Origin: Podarcis muralis
Taxonomy: Eukaryota
Direction: 5' to 3'
Assembly: GCF_964188315.1 (NCBI RefSeq)
Contig: NC_135667.1
Location: forward strand, 27,218,001 to 27,282,000
DNA length: 64,000 nucleotides
The notes under the pieces are model-generated. The model did no database searches and was not told the DNA's origin. It was given only the letters and a program-made list of their open reading frames with translations. This document shows, piece after piece, positions 59,830-64,000 of this stretch. Position numbers and translations under genes: made by a program. Numbering within the stretch: the first letter of the stretch is position 1; the number at the start of each line of letters is the position of its first letter.

Positions 59830-60100
59830 ATATTGAACACAATATGTTCAAGTGGAGGCCCTTTTCTTCACTTTTCTCTACTACCAACCTTACTGTATGC
59901 TTGTGAAACAGGGACCATTTATAAACGCCATCTCCAACTCCATGAAAGATTCCATCAACGATGTCTCCGAAAAAATTTACACATCACTTGGGAAGACAGG
60001 CAAACTAATGCCAAGTGTACTGGAAGAAGCAAAGATCACCAGTGTCGAAGCAATGATTCTTCAACATCAACTTTGTTGGACTGGTCATGTTGTGTGGATG
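59830..60100 (+). mobile_element. RTE-clade LINE fragment
   Basis: LPTLLYACET...FHQRCLR..L.ITW and QLCWTGHVVWM. Confidence 0.75.
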
Positions 60101-60447
60101 AAGGGCAGGGGGACAGGAGAGAGGGACTGGGGTGGCAAAGCTTATTTAGTATATGCTTGGGTTTTTTCTGTCAGCGTCACCTGGGGAAGTTCTCTTTCTA
60201 TACGCTTGTTATGTTTCTTTGGTGGTGAGAGAGGTTGGGGTGGCCTAGGGTGTGGTTGATCGTCTTTGGCTGGCTGGAGTGGGATTTGTTTGTGCGTGGG
60301 TGAGGGGGGTGGTTGGGTTAAGTTAGCCATATGGAATCGTATGCTGTCGGTGGATTATGAGCTCTTTCTAGTGTTAGTGGGCATTGTTATCTTGGAAGAT
60401 GTTCAGTAGGGCCAGTTCTGGGATGACTTCTAGTACTTGTTTAGTTA

Positions 60448-60615
60448 CCATATTTTTTCGTGTATAAGACCACCCCATGTATAAGACGCCCCATGTATTT
60501 TTGGGGACTCCAAATTAAGAAAACACCCCTCAGCACTACCCGCGTATAAGACGAGCCCCAATTTTAAACCTAATTTTTTGGTTTAAAACCCTATCTTATA
60601 CACGAAAAAATACGG
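60448..60615. mobile_element. Tc2/pogo-like MITE
   Basis: TA-CCATATTTTTTCGTGTATAAGAC...CTTATACACGAAAAAATACGG-TA. Confidence 0.8.
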
Positions 60616-61789
60616 TATTTTGCTTATTTCTGGTATGACTGTGCACACTCCTTTTCTGACTGGGTCCTTGATTACTTGGTTTGGTGGGATCTGCTGGTTC
60701 AGACACAGCATATGTCTGAGAAGGCCCCACAAGGGATCATGGAGATGAGTGCGAGGGGAAAAACTGTTGTGACATTGATTTCTTTAGCAACTTGGAAGGG
60801 CTGTGGTGGGATCCAGAAACGGCAACCTGGAGCCCCACTGACCACTTAACTGCTCTCTTCTCCATGAGCTTGGGAGCTTTTTCTGAGACGCTTGCGGGGT
60901 ATTATGGGATCCTTTGTCTTTTGAGCATCTTTATCAAGATGCTAACAGATCTGCCTGCCTTTGATCAGTTGTGCTTCAAGGGAAGCTCACCAGTCCTCTG
61001 ATTCTTTAATATTTTTCAGCCCAGACAGATGTTAACCAAAGGATCTCACAATAGTCATCTCCTTGCAGGAGCAAGGAAGCATGGGAGAATCAGATGCACC
61101 ACAAGAGCATCTTGGATGGGATGGCTTTCAAAGAGGGCTAGACAATTGCATGGAGGAGAGGCCTATCAAAGGCAACTAGCTGTGATGGCTATGCTCAGCT
61201 TCTGAACCCCTTCCTTCCCTCTGTCCCAGTACCTAAGGGTTGTCATGTGTCTCCAGGGATTTGGCCAGAACAAAGTATATGTTGGGGAAAGGCTCCCTCC
61301 CTGCAAAGAAAATGGAACAATCAGCAGGCACCTGGCTCCCAGCCATGCTAGCAGCAGTCTGGTGCATAAGGGTGGGGGACACAGGAAGGAAGCATTCCTA
61401 TAGTATAAGGCACTCAATTGGCATTGCACCTACCTGAACTCTGAGCCTTTCCCTCCTTGTTCTGGCCTGCCTATCTCCTTAGGAAGATGCAAGCTCTTGC
61501 TAGAAGCCACTGGTGGGAAGAGTGTTCCTATGATTTCCAAATGTTTCAGAAGCATCTTTTTGTTCCTTTAGTTGCTTGATAGAATCATAGCATGGCAGGG
61601 TTGGAAGGGATCCCAAGGGTCATCTAGCCCAACCCCTGGCAATGCAAGGATCCTGCCCACAGCCAGGACTGGCTGGGCTCCAAACTCCAGCATTCTGGTT
61701 ACCATTGCAATTCCGCATGGTGTGAAGAAAGGGGAGAGGGAAATGTGTTGCTTACACTTTCATAACACTGATATGAGATCCACACCATG

Positions 61790-62015
61790 AAGCCCTTTCA
61801 ATAACTAAAGTCTAAAGGGCTGTCACATGGAGGATAGGGCAAGCTTGCTTTCTCCTGCTCCAGAGGCCCTTAGGGCCTGAAGCAGTGACTCTCCTTCCTT
61901 GGAGGTTTTTAAGCAGCGCTTGGATGGCCATCGGCCATGGATCATCTAGTTGAGATTCCTGCATTGGGACTAGATGACCCTCGGGTCCTTTCCGACTCTA
62001 CAATTCTATGATGCT
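61790..62015 (+). mobile_element. CR1 3' end
   Basis: gactctccttccttggaggtttttaagcag...gactagatgaccc...actctacaattctatgat. Confidence 0.8.
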
Positions 62016-62069
62016 ATGTTTTAAAGCTTCTCTGAGTTATTCAAGCCCCTTCGCCATGGTAAGGCAGTG

Positions 62070-62195
62070 TTCTCGAAGCTACAAGCATGAGTTTGACCAA
62101 ACTGCGGGAGGCAGTGGAAGACAGGAGTGCCTGGCGTGCTCTGGTCCATGGGGTCACGAAGAGTCGGACACGACTAAACAACTAAACAATAACAT
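62070..62195 (+). mobile_element. BovB-type RTE 3' end
   Basis: gcagtggaagacaggagtgcctggcgtgctctggtccatggggtcacgaagagtcggacacgactaaacaactaaacaa. Confidence 0.8.
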
Positions 62196-63055
62196 GTTTT
62201 AAAGAGCATCCAATGTGCCTTTAAAGCACATGACTTCCACTGAAATGATTTGTGCCATTGTGACTTCCCTCTCACAGACCTACAATCCCCAGAACCCCTA
62301 ACAAACTGCAATTCCCAGGATCACTTGGGGGAAGACACCTGGTTTTTAGAACATGGATGGAGAGCCTGCAGTTTGCTCACCCCCAATTCCTAGGAACCAG
62401 GAATGGGAAGCTCAAATGCTTCTAACAGTATGGTTATAGGGAGCAGCATGTATAAAATATTGAATGTAATAGGGCTATTAAGGTAATTATATCAGAATTA
62501 TTATGGGACTGTTAAGGAGGGAGGGAGAGGGAAAGGGAGAGTGTGGAATTCTGGTGGTGAGTGATGATTGTATGAGGATTTGAAAGGGAGTTTGAATGTG
62601 AGGCAGTTGAGAGTGAGTTGAGAGCAGTGGGTTCTGGAGGGGCTGGTTGGGCAACTAACTATTCAGTTTAGGATCAGTAGTCTAGTCGTCATTTTTGTAA
62701 TAAAGCAGCATATAAGATAAAGAGAATCTGAGGCCATAAGCTCAGGTACACATGTCATCCTACGATCATTTAGTAAATCATCCATACAGTCTCCTTTAGT
62801 GAGGGTGCAGTACCTAGGATCTGGACCAAGCATTGATATATATTTTTTGCTCTTTTTATAGGTTCATAGGTTTATGTTCTGGTTCTAATGATGTAATAGG
62901 GGTGGGGGCTCTTTAAATACTGGGGGCTGCCACACACTCCTTTTCTTCTTTAAAAGAAACAATGATTTCCCCTCGTTTTCAAAAGCACATGCATTGTCTC
63001 TTTCTTCAGGTTCTTCAGTCACATTTGTTGTGAGACATTGGTGTTATATGCAGCA

Positions 63056-63296
63056 CAGTGGTACCTCGGTTTAAGAACAGTCCGGTTTAAGAACAATTTG
63101 GTTTACAAACTCCGCAAAACCAGAAATAGTGTCTTGGTTTAAGAACTTTACCTTAGTCTAAGAATGGAATCCGAACAGTGGAATGGCACTGGGAGCGGCA
63201 GGCCTCGTTAGGGAAAGCGCGCCTCGGTTTAAGAACGGTTTTGGTTTAAGAATGGATGTCCGGAACGGATTAAGTTCGTAAACTGAGGTACCACTG
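63056..63296. mobile_element. Tigger/pogo-like MITE
   Basis: CAGTGGTACCTCGGTTTAAGAAC...GAGGTACCACTG-TA. Confidence 0.82.
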
Positions 63297-63369
63297 TATA
63301 GGGTTGGGAAGAAAAGAGGGGATGCCTGATTATAGTCTTCCAAAGCAACTACTCTATTCCGAACTTTAA

Positions 63370-63745
63370 AATGGAGAGCGTAATTCTGGTGGTCAACAAG
63401 AGAGGTTCAAATACTTTCTTCAAGGCAAATCTAAAAAAATGTAGTATAAACACCGACAATTGGGAAACACTGGCCTGCAAGCGCTCCAAATGGAGAACAG
63501 CCTTTACCAAAGGTGTCATGGGCTTTGAAGACGCTCGAACTCAGGATGCAAAGGAGAAACGCACTAAGAGGAAGGCACTCTTTGCAAACCCTCACCGTGA
63601 TCAACTCCCGTCCGGAAACCTATGTCCCCACTGTGGAAGGACATGTGGACCCAGAATTGGCCTCCACAGTCACTTATGAACTCACTGTTAAGACCGTGTT
63701 CATGGAAGACAATCTTACTGGCTACGAGTGATCGCCAAAGAAGTA
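63370..63745 (+). mobile_element. RTE-clade LINE 3' end
   Basis: FKANLKKCSINTDNWETLA..RSKWR...CPHCGRTCGPRIGLHSHL, then the same 3' UTR as at 46050-46200. Confidence 0.85.
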
Positions 63746-64000
63746 CGTGCTACTCAGTGAAAGAAAAAAACTTTTGATATGCTCCGAGGCACAGTGCTTC
63801 ACTTACTCCAGAGCTGCACTTTGATATTTAAAAGATACACCTTGGCCCACGTTAAAGCTTAATCTGATGACATAGAGTCCAAACTGCTTAACACTAAAGG
63901 TAACTTTTAGAAACGAGCTCGACCTCTTCCCAACGGTCTTATTTACGTCCGTGTGGGGAGAAACACTCTGACAGAGAACGGACACGAGCCGCGGAAGCTT

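Overview
Eukaryotic genomic DNA, most likely from a squamate (lacertid-like) lizard, judged from full-length Sauria SINEs, L1/L2/CR1/RTE LINEs and many MITEs. Genes supported by the sequence: two intact single-exon class II olfactory receptors (8973-9908 minus, 24754-25698 plus); a THAP7 ortholog (4 coding exons, minus, 36781-40786) with a CpG-island promoter; an intact 6-exon vomeronasal type-2 receptor (V2R, 50844-57259 plus, 879 aa); and three V2R remnants. The most unusual locus is a small minus-strand gene (28418-31287, putative first exon near 32.7 kb). It pairs an NLRP3-type pyrin domain exon with a PRY/SPRY (B30.2) exon, with no NACHT, RING or B-box exon in between, and has a perfect IRF element upstream. 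Other notable structure: a Copia retrotransposon with a long open ORF that is cut by a Tc2-like MITE carrying a 128-bp palindromic tandem array; a ~1.9-kb duplication of the OR upstream region; and a nested stack of L1-in-L1 with a MITE and a solo LTR. All splice models and family assignments come from reading the sequence by eye; no searches were run.
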